DNA of 64,000 nt from Eubacteriales bacterium (GCA_045127215.1 JBGVPV010000067.1:272-64271); one strand, 5' to 3'; shown: positions 19,260 to 28,770, counted from the stretch's first letter. A program made the numbers and translations. The notes: generated by a model from the letters alone, not told the origin.

Positions 19260-20480
19260 ATGGATAAAAATTTGCTGAAATATAACGGTAAAAATCAAGT
19301 ATGCCATTATACTGCCGAGAAGTATCAGGATTTTAAAGGAGTACGCGGAGGGGCGCATCAATTCGCTTCGAGATACAGACGCTGGTATATAAGCTATCTC
19401 GTAACGGGCACGCTCGTGCTTTTCTGTACGCTGTTACTGTTTCTCTTTGGCGTTGGCGGATCGGGAGAAAATCTAATAGGGGATTTTGGCTTTGAGAAGA
19501 TAGCGGACAAGGTGATAGGCTTTATCGCAGATATCGGCTTCGCTGAAGTGCCGAATACTGATAGCGGAAATGGGGAGTTGCCAAAGCCCAATACGGATAA
19601 GGATAAAAATAATTCCTCGCAGGATAAATCTCCGACGGATGATAACAAGGATCAGAACGGAGATATTTACGATTTTGATTATTCCTTAGTGCCTGACGGT
19701 CACATACCGATAATACCTATGGATCTTTCGTTGACATCATACGGAGATAAATATATCAATAATTCCACGGGGTACTCACCCGCCTTGGAGTATCTTCTGA
19801 ACAAGGAGCTTTTCGTGGGGAATACTAACGCAGGATTTTCTCCGGATAAGCCGAGAGTGCTTGTCCTTCATACGCATTCCACTGAGGCGTATTCCAAGAA
19901 AGACGCTGTTTCCTGCGAGTCCTTTGATGAGTACGGACGGAGTAACGATAAGTCAGAAAACGTCGTAGCTGTCGGTAAGCTGATCTCCGACGAGCTTAAT
20001 CGGCAGGGAATTTGGTCGGTACATTGTACCGTAATGCACGATAGCACGCAGTATAAAGATTCCTACGCAAACGCCGCCGAGACTATAAAGAAATATCTTG
20101 AAAAATATCCTTCGATCGAGCTTGTTATAGACGTTCATCGCGACGCGGTGATAAAATCAAGCGGGGAAGTGGTCAAAGCCGTCACCGAGGTCGACGGCAA
20201 AGCGGCGGCACAGGTTATGTGCGTGGTTGGTACGGATTTTGGCGGTGAGGAGTGTCCGCGTTGGGAGGATAATCTTTCATTGGCTCTGAAGCTCAGAAGT
20301 GCTCTGAACGACAGCTATGAAAATATATGCCGCCCCGTGACGCTCAAATCCTCTACATACAATCAGGAGTTCTCAAAATACTCGATTTTACTCGAGATCG
20401 GAACGAGCGGAAACAGTCTTGAGGAAGCAAAAATATCCGCTGAGCTTGTCGCACAGGCGATAGCCGACCTTTTAAAATAA
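19260..20480 (+). CDS. spoIIP: Stage II sporulation protein P (SpoIIP amidase/peptidase); start codon uncertain
   Basis: N-terminal TM, a low-complexity linker, then the SpoIIP core (VLVLHTHSTEAY, LVIDVHRDA, ILLEIGTSGNSLEEA). Confidence 0.8.
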   Translation: MDKNLLKYNGKNQVCHYTAEKYQDFKGVRGGAHQFASRYRRWYISYLVTGTLVLFCTLLLFLFGVGGSGENLIGDFGFEKIADKVIGFIADIGFAEVPNTDSGNGELPKPNTDKDKNNSSQDKSPTDDNKDQNGDIYDFDYSLVPDGHIPIIPMDLSLTSYGDKYINNSTGYSPALEYLLNKELFVGNTNAGFSPDKPRVLVLHTHSTEAYSKKDAVSCESFDEYGRSNDKSENVVAVGKLISDELNRQGIWSVHCTVMHDSTQYKDSYANAAETIKKYLEKYPSIELVIDVHRDAVIKSSGEVVKAVTEVDGKAAAQVMCVVGTDFGGEECPRWEDNLSLALKLRSALNDSYENICRPVTLKSSTYNQEFSKYSILLEIGTSGNSLEEAKISAELVAQAIADLLK

Positions 20481-20515
20481 TTTTTCAAAAATGGAAAAAA
20501 TATTTCAAAAAACAC

Positions 20516-20544
20516 TTTACAAATAAGAAAAAGTATGCTATAAT
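20516..20544 (+). promoter_or_regulatory. Sigma-A-type promoter with extended -10
   Basis: TTTACA (20516-20521), 17-nt spacer ending in TGc, TATAAT (20539-20544). Confidence 0.55.
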
Positions 20545-20573
20545 TATTCCATAAATGGAATAGGCGGTGGCGT

Positions 20574-21365
20574 ATGAATTACATTGATAGAATTAAAAAG
20601 ATAAAAAACGAGAAGAAGATCACCAATGATAAGCTTTCCGAGATCACGGGAATACCGCTGAGTACGCTCAGTAAGATAATGGCGGGTATCAGTGATTCTC
20701 CCAAGCTTTCTAATATCGTATCTATTGCAGATGCGCTCGGTTGCTCTCTTGATTATATCGTGAGCGGTACTCCCGAGAATCATAATAATTGCACTCTTTC
20801 GGCAGATGAATTGTCATTGATCGATCTTTACAGAAAGCTCGATGCTCATTCTAAAGAGCTTGTGACTATGGTTGCAAATAAGGAATCTCAGCGTGTTGTT
20901 GCCGCAAGCACAGCTACGACCTCTGTTCGCAGGGAGCGCGCTACAAAGACCGCGAAGATTCTTTCCGCAGTCAACTCTGTATCCGGACTTGCTAAGCGAA
21001 GCATACTTCTGTATGATCTTTCCGTATCCGCAGGTACGGGTGTTTATCTTGATGACGCTGAAACTGAAGAGATCATGATTCCCGAAAATGAAAAGACGAG
21101 GATTGCGGATTTTGCATTGCGTATTAACGGTAACAGTATGGAGCCTAAATACCATGACGGAGACATTGTTCTCGTTGAAGATACAGATTCCGTTGAGGTT
21201 GGCGAGCTTGGTATTTTCGTGCTTGACGGAAACGGATACTTTAAAAAGTTTGGCGGCGACCGCCTGATCTCTCTTAACGAAGATTACGGCGATATTCTTC
21301 TCGACGGATATACCGAGATCGTATGCTGCGGTCGAGTAGTTGGAAAGCTTAAAAAGAGAGTATAA
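20574..21365 (+). CDS. XRE-family HTH fused to an S24 (LexA/CI-type) self-cleaving peptidase domain
   Basis: N-terminal HTH (KITNDKLSEITGIPLSTLSKIMAG). C-terminal S24 motifs: GNSMEPKYHDGDIVLVE and a Lys in YFKKFGG. The DNA-binding domain is XRE-type, not the LexA winged helix. Confidence 0.75.
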   Translation: MNYIDRIKKIKNEKKITNDKLSEITGIPLSTLSKIMAGISDSPKLSNIVSIADALGCSLDYIVSGTPENHNNCTLSADELSLIDLYRKLDAHSKELVTMVANKESQRVVAASTATTSVRRERATKTAKILSAVNSVSGLAKRSILLYDLSVSAGTGVYLDDAETEEIMIPENEKTRIADFALRINGNSMEPKYHDGDIVLVEDTDSVEVGELGIFVLDGNGYFKKFGGDRLISLNEDYGDILLDGYTEIVCCGRVVGKLKKRV

Positions 21366-21378
21366 TATTTCAAAAACA

Positions 21379-21411
21379 AAAACAAGGCTATGACTCATAG
21401 CCTTGTTTTTT
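21379..21411. terminator. Bidirectional terminator
   Basis: caaggcta, loop tgactca, tagccttg, flanked by an A-run and a T-run. Confidence 0.75.
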
Positions 21412-21423
21412 ATTATTCGGTTA

Positions 21424-22134
21424 TTATAAAATACTAAAACAAAACGGATTTGCCGCATTTTCCATTCCAAACATTTTTACTGCCATTCGATACATCGCTT
21501 TTGCGTGAATACGGTCGTGCCAAATAAAGCGGCGGAGAACTTTGCGAAGCGACCAAAGCTCACCGTAGCTACCTTCTATAACTGCATTGTTAAGAAAATC
21601 GGCTTTTGCTTCAAGAAGTTCAAAACCTCGTTTTCTGCATTCGTAAATATTGCCGTTGTTATCGGCATCAACACCTATTTCGGCGAAATAATATCCGTTT
21701 ACATTTTTAGTATGCTCGTACATTTCCTCAGCAGAACGCGGTACATTGCCGTAAAAAGTTTTACGCTCGGGTGACGCAGTAGCACTCTTATTGGGGATAG
21801 ACTCATACAATGCGATAAAATCCTTTGATGATTTCAATGCAATGGTTTTTAATATCTCATATTCCTCTGCCGTGAGCGGTGTTTTTTCACTATCAAAAAG
21901 TACGTCGGAATCAGCATCTTTGATTGTCAGATCTGATTCTTTTTCTTGTACGATAATTACTTCTATGTTGTCGTTTGCATCTTTGCCTGACCATTTGAGA
22001 TACGAAAGAATCTCTCCGGGCATCTTTGCTTTTGCAATTTCGAGGTTTTCTCCACGGGTATATGCGCCGATATAATCTACCGCATAAAGCAACGTGTCGT
22101 TGCCGTTATGTTCCCATACGCACTTTATAATCAT
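21424..22134 (-). CDS. DinB/YfiT-like superfamily protein with an extra N-terminal domain
   Basis: Start set to ATG 22134 (MIIKCVWEH), which follows AAGGAG. His residues are spaced as in a DinB-type metal triad (MYEHT ... WHDRIHAKAM). Function unknown. Confidence 0.5.
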   Translation of the reverse strand: MIIKCVWEHNGNDTLLYAVDYIGAYTRGENLEIAKAKMPGEILSYLKWSGKDANDNIEVIIVQEKESDLTIKDADSDVLFDSEKTPLTAEEYEILKTIALKSSKDFIALYESIPNKSATASPERKTFYGNVPRSAEEMYEHTKNVNGYYFAEIGVDADNNGNIYECRKRGFELLEAKADFLNNAVIEGSYGELWSLRKVLRRFIWHDRIHAKAMYRMAVKMFGMENAANPFCFSIL

Positions 22135-22138
22135 AGTT

Positions 22139-22624
22139 TTACTCCTTATAAACAAAGTACACGATCTCATCAGGCAGATTCATAATGTACTCCTTCGCTT
22201 GTGGGGGATAGATGCTCTTGTTAGGTATATCTTCGAGCGGTATCCAACACATATTCAGCTCGATACGCTCATTGCCCAAATCGTCGAGCGCCTTGAAATT
22301 TCTATTAAGAGGAATTTGCGTTTCGTCCTTCAAGGAAATCAGATAGTACAAATTGATCTGCTGACAAGGACGATTTCCCCAAGGGAAGAAATTTTCATTC
22401 ACCATAAGCAATCTTTCGATCTTGATGTCTGCGCCGATCTCTTCCTTGAACTCTCGCACAAGGGTCTCGTCGGTCGTTTCTCCAAAGGCAACGTGACCAC
22501 CGATAAAGGCATAGCCATCGTCTCCCTCTGCATTTTGCATAAGCACCTTCCCGTTATGTATAAGCACACCGCCGACACGGTACGAAAAGATATAATCGTT
22601 AGTTTTGAAAAGTATATCTGACAT
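22139..22624 (-). CDS. NUDIX hydrolase (1 of 3 in tandem)
   Basis: Nudix box GGHVAFGETTDETLVREFKEEIG. Confidence 0.8.
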   Translation of the reverse strand: MSDILFKTNDYIFSYRVGGVLIHNGKVLMQNAEGDDGYAFIGGHVAFGETTDETLVREFKEEIGADIKIERLLMVNENFFPWGNRPCQQINLYYLISLKDETQIPLNRNFKALDDLGNERIELNMCWIPLEDIPNKSIYPPQAKEYIMNLPDEIVYFVYKE

Positions 22625-22647
22625 TTTGTATCACCGCTTTTATTAAA

Positions 22648-23067
22648 TCAATGTGATTGAATAAACAATTCCGCATCTCTGAGAATATTTTTTGTTTCTT
22701 CGAATGTTAACATTTTTATGGCATCCTCATAAGGAATGAATTCCGCTGAGTCAACCTCTGCTTCTTGGCGAACAATGTTTTCCGATGTGCATTTGCCGAG
22801 GAAGTAAACAGATTGTTTTATCGAGTCGGGAACGCGGGGAAGCGGATATTCGATTTGATATCTGAAGCCCGATATAACCTCTACTTCCGCACCGGTTTCT
22901 TCTTTCAATTCGCGAATAGCCGTTTGCAATTCGCTCTCCCCGATCTCCATGTGACCTTTTGGAAAGCCAATATCACCGTTTAAGCTTTTAATTATCAAAT
23001 AATAATTTTTGTTTTCAATTTGCTTGTAAGCAACGAAACCGCAGGATTTTATGTATCTCATTTTCAT
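22648..23067 (-). CDS. NUDIX hydrolase (2 of 3), Ap4A-hydrolase-like size
   Basis: Nudix box FPKGHMEIGESELQTAIRELKEETG. Confidence 0.8.
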   Translation of the reverse strand: MKMRYIKSCGFVAYKQIENKNYYLIIKSLNGDIGFPKGHMEIGESELQTAIRELKEETGAEVEVISGFRYQIEYPLPRVPDSIKQSVYFLGKCTSENIVRQEAEVDSAEFIPYEDAIKMLTFEETKNILRDAELFIQSH

Positions 23068-23513
23068 TTCAAATCATACAGCCACTTGCCGTCTTTTTGA
23101 TAGTAGAAAAACTCGCTTAAATTATCCTCTGTAAAAACACGAATCATATCTTTCATATCAAGCGAAAGATTGAGATTGGGAAGATTATCAATTTCTTCCC
23201 ACCACACTTTTCCTTCCGCAGAAGAAACAAGCTCACCCTCAAAACGAGTCGCTTTATAGAGTAAAACAACGTATCTGCATTCGTTTTCGTACCAATCCTT
23301 TATTCCACACAGTTGAGGTGAGTAAATTTTTAATCCAGTTTCTTCTTGAACCTCACGAATTACCGCATCTGTAAATGACTCTCCGTGCTCTACGTGACCA
23401 CCCGGGAAAGTAATTCCAGGCCAATCTTTTTTCTGTCGGTCTATAACGACTATCTTATTCCCGTCGCAAACCATACACATATTTGTAAATTCAACTTTTT
23501 CTATTCTTGGCAT
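23064..23513 (-). CDS. NUDIX hydrolase (3 of 3), MutT/8-oxo-dGTPase-like
   Basis: Nudix box FPGGHVEHGESFTDAVIREVQEETG. Start set to ATG 23513 (MPRIEK), which follows AAGGAGAA. It overlaps the next gene by 4 nt. Confidence 0.8.
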   Translation of the reverse strand: MPRIEKVEFTNMCMVCDGNKIVVIDRQKKDWPGITFPGGHVEHGESFTDAVIREVQEETGLKIYSPQLCGIKDWYENECRYVVLLYKATRFEGELVSSAEGKVWWEEIDNLPNLNLSLDMKDMIRVFTEDNLSEFFYYQKDGKWLYDLK

Positions 23514-23669
23514 AATAATTCTCCTTATGGCGAGTATCAAAAGCGTGTAGTACTCAAAAAGTTGCCGTTTCGATAATTATATCATAAAGGCCGACAATAT
23601 TCAAGACCATTATCAAGGATTAAATCTCATATTTTCGGACACTATATCTTTGATGAGGAGGGATTTGAT

Positions 23670-24782
23670 ATGATAAAGGTACTCGAGGTTATCAGCGACA
23701 CGAATATAGGCGGGGCAGGGGTGCTTTTGATAAACCGTTTGAAGCACGTTGATCGGTCAAAATTTGATACGCGCGTTCTTCTTCCGTCGGGAAGTGCGCT
23801 TACGTCAAAATTTCGTGACATAGGTATTAAATGTATTGAAATGGATATATGCGGCGACCGTTCTATGGACATGAGAGCCGTCAAAAAGTTTTGCAGAGTT
23901 ATCGGTAAATATTCTCCCGATATAATAAATTCTCACGGATGTATGAGTGCTCGTATAGCCGCAAAGCTTTGCGGAGTGCCTGTAAAAATATGCACGCGTC
24001 ACTGCGTGTTTCCCGTTTCTCACAAATACCGTGCTATAAAGCCGTTTGCCGCTTTATTTAACGCTTATTTATCGGATCGTTTTATTGCGGTTGCAGAGTC
24101 AGCAAAGGGAAATTTACTTGCGCTTGGTGTTCCCGAAAATAAAATATCCGTTATAATAAACGGCGCTGAGCCACTTAAATTGCTCGATCAAAATGAAAAA
24201 CACGCTTTTCGCCAAAAACTCGGAATATCCGACGCTGCTTGTGTATTGAGTTTTTGTGCGCGGCTTGAGAGGTGCAAGGGGCACGAGTGGTTTTTGGACG
24301 TTGTGTCTGAGCTTAAAAAGCGAGGCGTGCATTTTGTTGTATTGTTTATCGGTGACGGCAGTCAAAGGCAATTTTTGATGAGGAAATGCAGGGAACTTGG
24401 GATTTGGAGCTTTGTAAGATTTATTGGCTTTGTTGACGATACGTCACCGTATATGAATATTGCCGATATAAATATAAACTGTTCCGTAGGAACGGAGACG
24501 TCCTCGCTTGCGCTTTCCGAGGGAATGAGCGTGGGGCTGCCTGCCATCGTCAGCGATTACGGTGGCAACTCGTATATGATAAAACACGGTGTGAACGGTT
24601 TAGTCTGCAAATGCTATGACTATATGGCTATGGCATATAGTATTGAAAGACTTATTGATGACGGCGAATTGTATTCGCAATTATCTTATCATGCTTACCG
24701 TCGATTTTATAAGGAGTTGAACGCCGCTAATATGGCGCGGCAGACCTACCGACTATACGAAAAGCTTTACAAAAAAATATAA
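23670..24782 (+). CDS. Glycosyltransferase family 4 (GT-B fold)
   Basis: N-terminal SDTNIGGAGVLL and a C-terminal E-x7-E-like region (ETSSLALSEGMSVGLPAIVSDYGGNSYMIKHGVNG). Confidence 0.75.
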   Translation: MIKVLEVISDTNIGGAGVLLINRLKHVDRSKFDTRVLLPSGSALTSKFRDIGIKCIEMDICGDRSMDMRAVKKFCRVIGKYSPDIINSHGCMSARIAAKLCGVPVKICTRHCVFPVSHKYRAIKPFAALFNAYLSDRFIAVAESAKGNLLALGVPENKISVIINGAEPLKLLDQNEKHAFRQKLGISDAACVLSFCARLERCKGHEWFLDVVSELKKRGVHFVVLFIGDGSQRQFLMRKCRELGIWSFVRFIGFVDDTSPYMNIADININCSVGTETSSLALSEGMSVGLPAIVSDYGGNSYMIKHGVNGLVCKCYDYMAMAYSIERLIDDGELYSQLSYHAYRRFYKELNAANMARQTYRLYEKLYKKI

Positions 24783-24812
24783 ACGGAGCAGTAAAAACTG
24801 CTCCGTTTATAT
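24781..24812. terminator. Bidirectional terminator
   Basis: aaacggagcag, loop taaaaa, ctgctccgttt. Confidence 0.8.
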
Positions 24813-24820
24813 TTAGAGTC

Positions 24821-25069
24821 TTAATCTCTGATAACAACACTGACTTCCTTATTGTCGGTTGAAGCGGCGGCTCTCATAACTGTTCTGATAGCCTTTGCAA
24901 TCTTTCCGCCCTTACCGATTACCATACCCATGTCACTTTCAGCAACACTGAGAACGAGAGTAACTTTGCCGTTCTCCTCGGTTTCAAGTATCTGGACATC
25001 GTCGGGATGATCGACAATAGCCTTGGCAATGTTGCACAGGGTTTCTTTTAAATCGGTCATCTGATACAC
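24821..25069 (-). CDS. KH-domain RNA-binding protein (YlqC/UPF0109)
   Basis: 82 aa with DMGMVIGKGGKIAKAIRTV, a GxxG KH motif. It holds the conserved position after rpsP. Confidence 0.85.
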   Translation of the reverse strand: MYQMTDLKETLCNIAKAIVDHPDDVQILETEENGKVTLVLSVAESDMGMVIGKGGKIAKAIRTVMRAAASTDNKEVSVVIRD

Positions 25070-25077
25070 CCGTCCGA

Positions 25078-25317
25078 TCAGTCAATTATGTTGGACTTCT
25101 TAAGGAGTGCCTTTACGGTGTCAGTGGGCTGTGCACCGTTGGAGAGCCAGGTCTTAGCCTTATCAGCGTCGATCTTGAGCTCATCGCTGCGGGGATTGAA
25201 GTAACCGAGCTCCTCGATGAAACGACCGTCTCTGGGAGAACGGCTATCAGCTACGATAACACGGTATGTGGGAGCCTTCTTTGCGCCCATTCTTCTAAGT
25301 CTCATTTTTACTGCCAT
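25078..25317 (-). CDS. rpsP: 30S ribosomal protein bS16
   Basis: [42 protein letters not shown] is canonical bS16. Confidence 0.95.
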   Translation of the reverse strand: MAVKMRLRRMGAKKAPTYRVIVADSRSPRDGRFIEELGYFNPRSDELKIDADKAKTWLSNGAQPTDTVKALLKKSNIID

Positions 25318-25382
25318 TTTTTGTTTCCTCCAAAAATATATTTTTTATAAATTTATTAAAAATCCGTGCCGAATTTTATCGG

Positions 25383-26723
25383 TTAATTGAACGGAATTTT
25401 CATACCCTTTTTCCCAAATCTCGAAAACTGCTTGGGATTTGAAAACTGTTTCATCAGCTTTCTGATCTGCTCGAACTGCTTGAGCAGCTTGTTTACTTCC
25501 TCAACGGTAGTTCCGCTGCCTGCGGCAATTCTTTTCTTACGGGATGCGTTGAGAAGCTCGGGCTTCTGACGCTCCTGCTTTGTCATCGACTTTATAATAG
25601 CCTCGGTTCTTGCAAGCGCTTTTTCATCAAGTTGTGCGTCCTTGAATGCTCCCGGCTTCACCCCGGGCATCATACCCATGATCTGTTCAAGGCTTCCCAT
25701 ATTTTTGATCTGAGCAAACTGATCGAGATAGTCGTCAAGAGTGAAGGTGGACTCTCGTATTTTCTTTTCAAGCTCCTGCGCCTTCTTCTCGTCGTAAGCC
25801 TGCTCAGCCTTTTCGATAAGGGAGAGAACGTCGCCCATTCCAAGAATTCTCGATGCCATTCTGTCGGGGTGGAAGGGCTCGATCGCGTCAAGCTTCTCTC
25901 CGACACCGATGAACTTTATGGGCTTGCCCGTAACATGCTTTACGGAAAGCGCCGCACCACCTCTCGTGTCACCGTCAAGCTTTGTGAGAATTACGCCCGT
26001 TACGTCAAGAAGCTCGTTAAATGTCTTTGCAACTGTAACGGCGTCCTGACCGATCATTGCGTCGATGGTCAGCAGTATCTCGGTGGGTTTAACGTTTGCC
26101 TTTATATTCTGAAGCTCTTCCATGAGCTGCTCGTCGATGTGCAGACGTCCTGCGGTATCGATGAACACCATGTCGTAGCCCTTTTGAATAGCATACTTAA
26201 CGCCTTCTGTGGCGATCTTTACGGGAGATACCTGATCACCCATTGTGAAAACGGGAATATCAAGCTTCTCGCCAACTATCTGGAGCTGCTTGATCGCGGC
26301 AGGACGGTAGATGTCACAAGCAACGAGCAGGGGATGCTTGCCTTGCTTTTTGTACATTCCCGCAAGTTTACCCGCGTGCGTGGTCTTACCCGCGCCCTGA
26401 AGACCTACCATCATAATTACCGTGGGAGGATTTGAAGCTATGGTAAGCTTGGACTGAGATCCGCCCATCAGATTGATAAGCTCTTCATTAACTATTTTTA
26501 CTATGTGTTGAGCAGGGAGCAGGGATTCAAGAACTTCTGCGCCAACGGCTCTTTCAGAAACGCTGTTTATAAAATCCTTAACAACTTTAAAGTTAACGTC
26601 AGCCTCAAGGAGCGCAAGCTTGATCTCGCGCATACCCGCTTTGATATCGGCCTCAGTGAGTTTTCCCTTGTTTTTGAATTTTTTGAAGGCATTTTCTAAT
26701 TTTTCACTCAAGCTCTGAAACAT
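25383..26723 (-). CDS. ffh: Signal recognition particle protein Ffh
   Basis: N-domain, SRP GTPase G-domain (GLQGAGKTT, DTAGR, TKLDGD), and a Met-rich M-domain. Confidence 0.95.
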   Translation of the reverse strand: MFQSLSEKLENAFKKFKNKGKLTEADIKAGMREIKLALLEADVNFKVVKDFINSVSERAVGAEVLESLLPAQHIVKIVNEELINLMGGSQSKLTIASNPPTVIMMVGLQGAGKTTHAGKLAGMYKKQGKHPLLVACDIYRPAAIKQLQIVGEKLDIPVFTMGDQVSPVKIATEGVKYAIQKGYDMVFIDTAGRLHIDEQLMEELQNIKANVKPTEILLTIDAMIGQDAVTVAKTFNELLDVTGVILTKLDGDTRGGAALSVKHVTGKPIKFIGVGEKLDAIEPFHPDRMASRILGMGDVLSLIEKAEQAYDEKKAQELEKKIRESTFTLDDYLDQFAQIKNMGSLEQIMGMMPGVKPGAFKDAQLDEKALARTEAIIKSMTKQERQKPELLNASRKKRIAAGSGTTVEEVNKLLKQFEQIRKLMKQFSNPKQFSRFGKKGMKIPFN

Positions 26724-26749
26724 TTTATACCTCCTAATAAATCAATTTT

Positions 26750-27085
26750 TTATTGCTTTACAAGCTCCGCAAGCTCGGCAATCTGCCTCTGTGTTTCGGG
26801 CGGGGCATTTTGCATTATCGCTTTGTCGTAAAGAGCGGTAACGGCGGATTCCACAGCCTGAAGCTTTTTTGCAAGTCCAAGCTTTTCCTCATAAAAGTGC
26901 AGATCCTCTTCGGATTTTTTTATGATGTCTCTTACGCCCTGGCGTGATATTCCGATTTGCTCAGCTATCTCGGCAAGTGAAAGATCCTCATTGAAATACA
27001 TATCCATCACGGTTCTTTTTCTATCGGAAAGAAGCTCGCCGTAGAAGTCCAAAAGGTAGCTGATATTAAGATCCTTTTCAAACAT
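26750..27085 (-). CDS. ylxM: YlxM/UPF0122 putative DNA-binding protein (sigma-70 region-4-like HTH)
   Basis: LLDFYGELLSDRKRTVMDMYFNEDLSLAEIAEQIGISRQGVRD. It lies in the conserved position upstream of ffh. Confidence 0.85.
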   Translation of the reverse strand: MFEKDLNISYLLDFYGELLSDRKRTVMDMYFNEDLSLAEIAEQIGISRQGVRDIIKKSEEDLHFYEEKLGLAKKLQAVESAVTALYDKAIMQNAPPETQRQIAELAELVKQ

Positions 27086-27265
27086 AAAACGTACGCCCTG
27101 TAAGTGATTTTTTGATGTAAAGCAAAATACTTTACATAGTATACCACATTATTTTTGATCTGTCAACACTATTTTTGCATTTTTTTGTAATTTTTTTAAA
27201 AAAAATTGAGGTATTTTTTCGTCAAAATACTTGACAAGCAATGACAAAAAGTGTATTATAATTAT

Positions 27266-27545
27266 GATAACTATAAGGCGTTGATAAGGAGCGGTAGTGA
27301 CACGGATTTCAGAGAGCTGTTGGTTGGTGTGAAACAGTTTCACGGTCATATACTATATCACCTTTGAGCTTGCCGTCGAAAGCGTTGAAATATCACAAGT
27401 AGAACGGTACGTATTCCTGCGTTAAAGGATAATGTATTTATTGTACATAAGTGGTCTTGTGACAAAAAGAGTGGTACCGCGGATGCAGTTTTTGCCTTCG
27501 TCTCTTGTGATTATATAAGAGATGGGGCTTATTTTTTTAGAAAAA
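27266..27545 (+). promoter_or_regulatory. T-box riboswitch leader of the ilv operon
   Basis: Stem I elements (TCAGAGAGCTGTTGGTTGGTGTGAAAC) and the T-box core AGAGTGGTACCGCGG (27467-27483). The terminator is ccttcgtctctt/aagagatgggg plus a T-run (27494-27537). A possible Ile specifier AUC followed by A lies in TATATCACC. A candidate promoter is TTGACA at 27231-27236 with TATTAT at 27254-27259. Confidence 0.8.
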
Positions 27546-27562
27546 GAACGTGAGGTGTTTAA

Positions 27563-28756
27563 ATGTTGACTCTTGATAAGATATATCACGCCGCTTTTGT
27601 GTTGAAGGACGTTGTCCGAGAGACGACCTTGATACCTTCACCCAAAATAAGCGTAAATAATAACGTATATCTTAAAACCGAAAATCTCCAAGTGACCGGA
27701 TCCTTTAAGGTTCGTGGCGCGGGATATATGATATCACAGCTCTCGGAAGAGGAAAAGGCAAGGGGAGTTGTGGCGTGTTCCGCGGGAAATCACGCGCAGG
27801 GCGTTGCGTTGGCGGCGCAGAAGTACGGTATTAAGGCTACGATATGCTTGCCGGACGGCGCGCCGATATCAAAGGTCGAGGCGACCAAGAGCTACGGCGC
27901 TGAGGTCGTTATGGTCAAGGGCGTTTATGATGATGCGTATAAACGCGCTCTGGAGCTCAGAGACGAGAAGGGGCTCACCTTTGTTCATCCGTTTGACGAC
28001 GATGATGTTATTGCAGGTCAGGCTACCATCGCGTTGGAGATACTTAATAATATGAAGAATATAGACGCTATCGTCGTACCTATCGGCGGAGGCGGTCTGA
28101 TAGCGGGTATTGCCTATGCCGTCAAGCATCTCGCTCCGAATATAAAGGTTTACGGCGTTCAGGCAGTCGGCGCTCCGAGTATGTATAACGCCTTGAAGAA
28201 CGGAAGCATTGAAGCGCTTACCTCGGTATCTACCATTGCTGACGGTATCGCTGTCAAGCGTCCGGGAGAAAATACCTTCCGATTGTGTTCGCAGTACGTT
28301 GATGAGGTGGTTACAGTTACCGACGGTGAGATCTCGTCAGCGATACTTGCGCTTATTGAACAGCATAAGATGATAGCCGAGGGCGCGGGCGCGGTAGCGG
28401 TTGCGGCGGTTATGTTTGATAAGATACCTATGAAGAATAAGAATATTGTCTGCGTTGTGTCAGGCGGTAATATTGACGTTACCATTCTTTCCAGAGTTAT
28501 AGAGCGAGGACTTCTTACTTCGGGAAGAACCTGTAACCTCTGTATTGAGCTTATGGATAAGCCCGGACAGCTTCAGGCTGTTTCCGCAATATTCGCGTCA
28601 CTTGGCGCTAACATTATTTCGGTGCATCACGAAAGAGCGAGTGAGGCAATGGATATCAACGGCTGTTATTTGCGTATAGTATTGGAAACGCGCAACTACG
28701 AGCATATTGATATGATAACGGCGGCGCTTAAGAATGCCGGCTTCAGACTTGTTTAA
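27563..28756 (+). CDS. ilvA: Threonine ammonia-lyase (biosynthetic threonine dehydratase, single ACT-like domain)
   Basis: The PLP lysine motif LQVTGSFKVRGA and SAGNHAQG. The C-terminal regulatory domain is about 75 aa. Confidence 0.9.
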   Translation: MLTLDKIYHAAFVLKDVVRETTLIPSPKISVNNNVYLKTENLQVTGSFKVRGAGYMISQLSEEEKARGVVACSAGNHAQGVALAAQKYGIKATICLPDGAPISKVEATKSYGAEVVMVKGVYDDAYKRALELRDEKGLTFVHPFDDDDVIAGQATIALEILNNMKNIDAIVVPIGGGGLIAGIAYAVKHLAPNIKVYGVQAVGAPSMYNALKNGSIEALTSVSTIADGIAVKRPGENTFRLCSQYVDEVVTVTDGEISSAILALIEQHKMIAEGAGAVAVAAVMFDKIPMKNKNIVCVVSGGNIDVTILSRVIERGLLTSGRTCNLCIELMDKPGQLQAVSAIFASLGANIISVHHERASEAMDINGCYLRIVLETRNYEHIDMITAALKNAGFRLV

Positions 28757-28770
28757 AAGGAGAGTAAAAA

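Noticed and set aside
18516-19361. 281-aa ORF on the - strand
   Set aside because: It is antisense to gpr. It is Ser/Thr/Pro-rich and of low complexity.
20814-21470. 218-aa ORF on the - strand
   Set aside because: It is antisense to the XRE-S24 gene, and it runs through that gene's terminator.
25632-26435. 267-aa ORF on the + strand
   Set aside because: It is antisense to ffh.
27149-27349. 66-aa - strand ORF in the ylxM/ilv intergenic region
   Set aside because: It overlaps the ilv promoter and T-box stem I, is AT-rich, and has no RBS.
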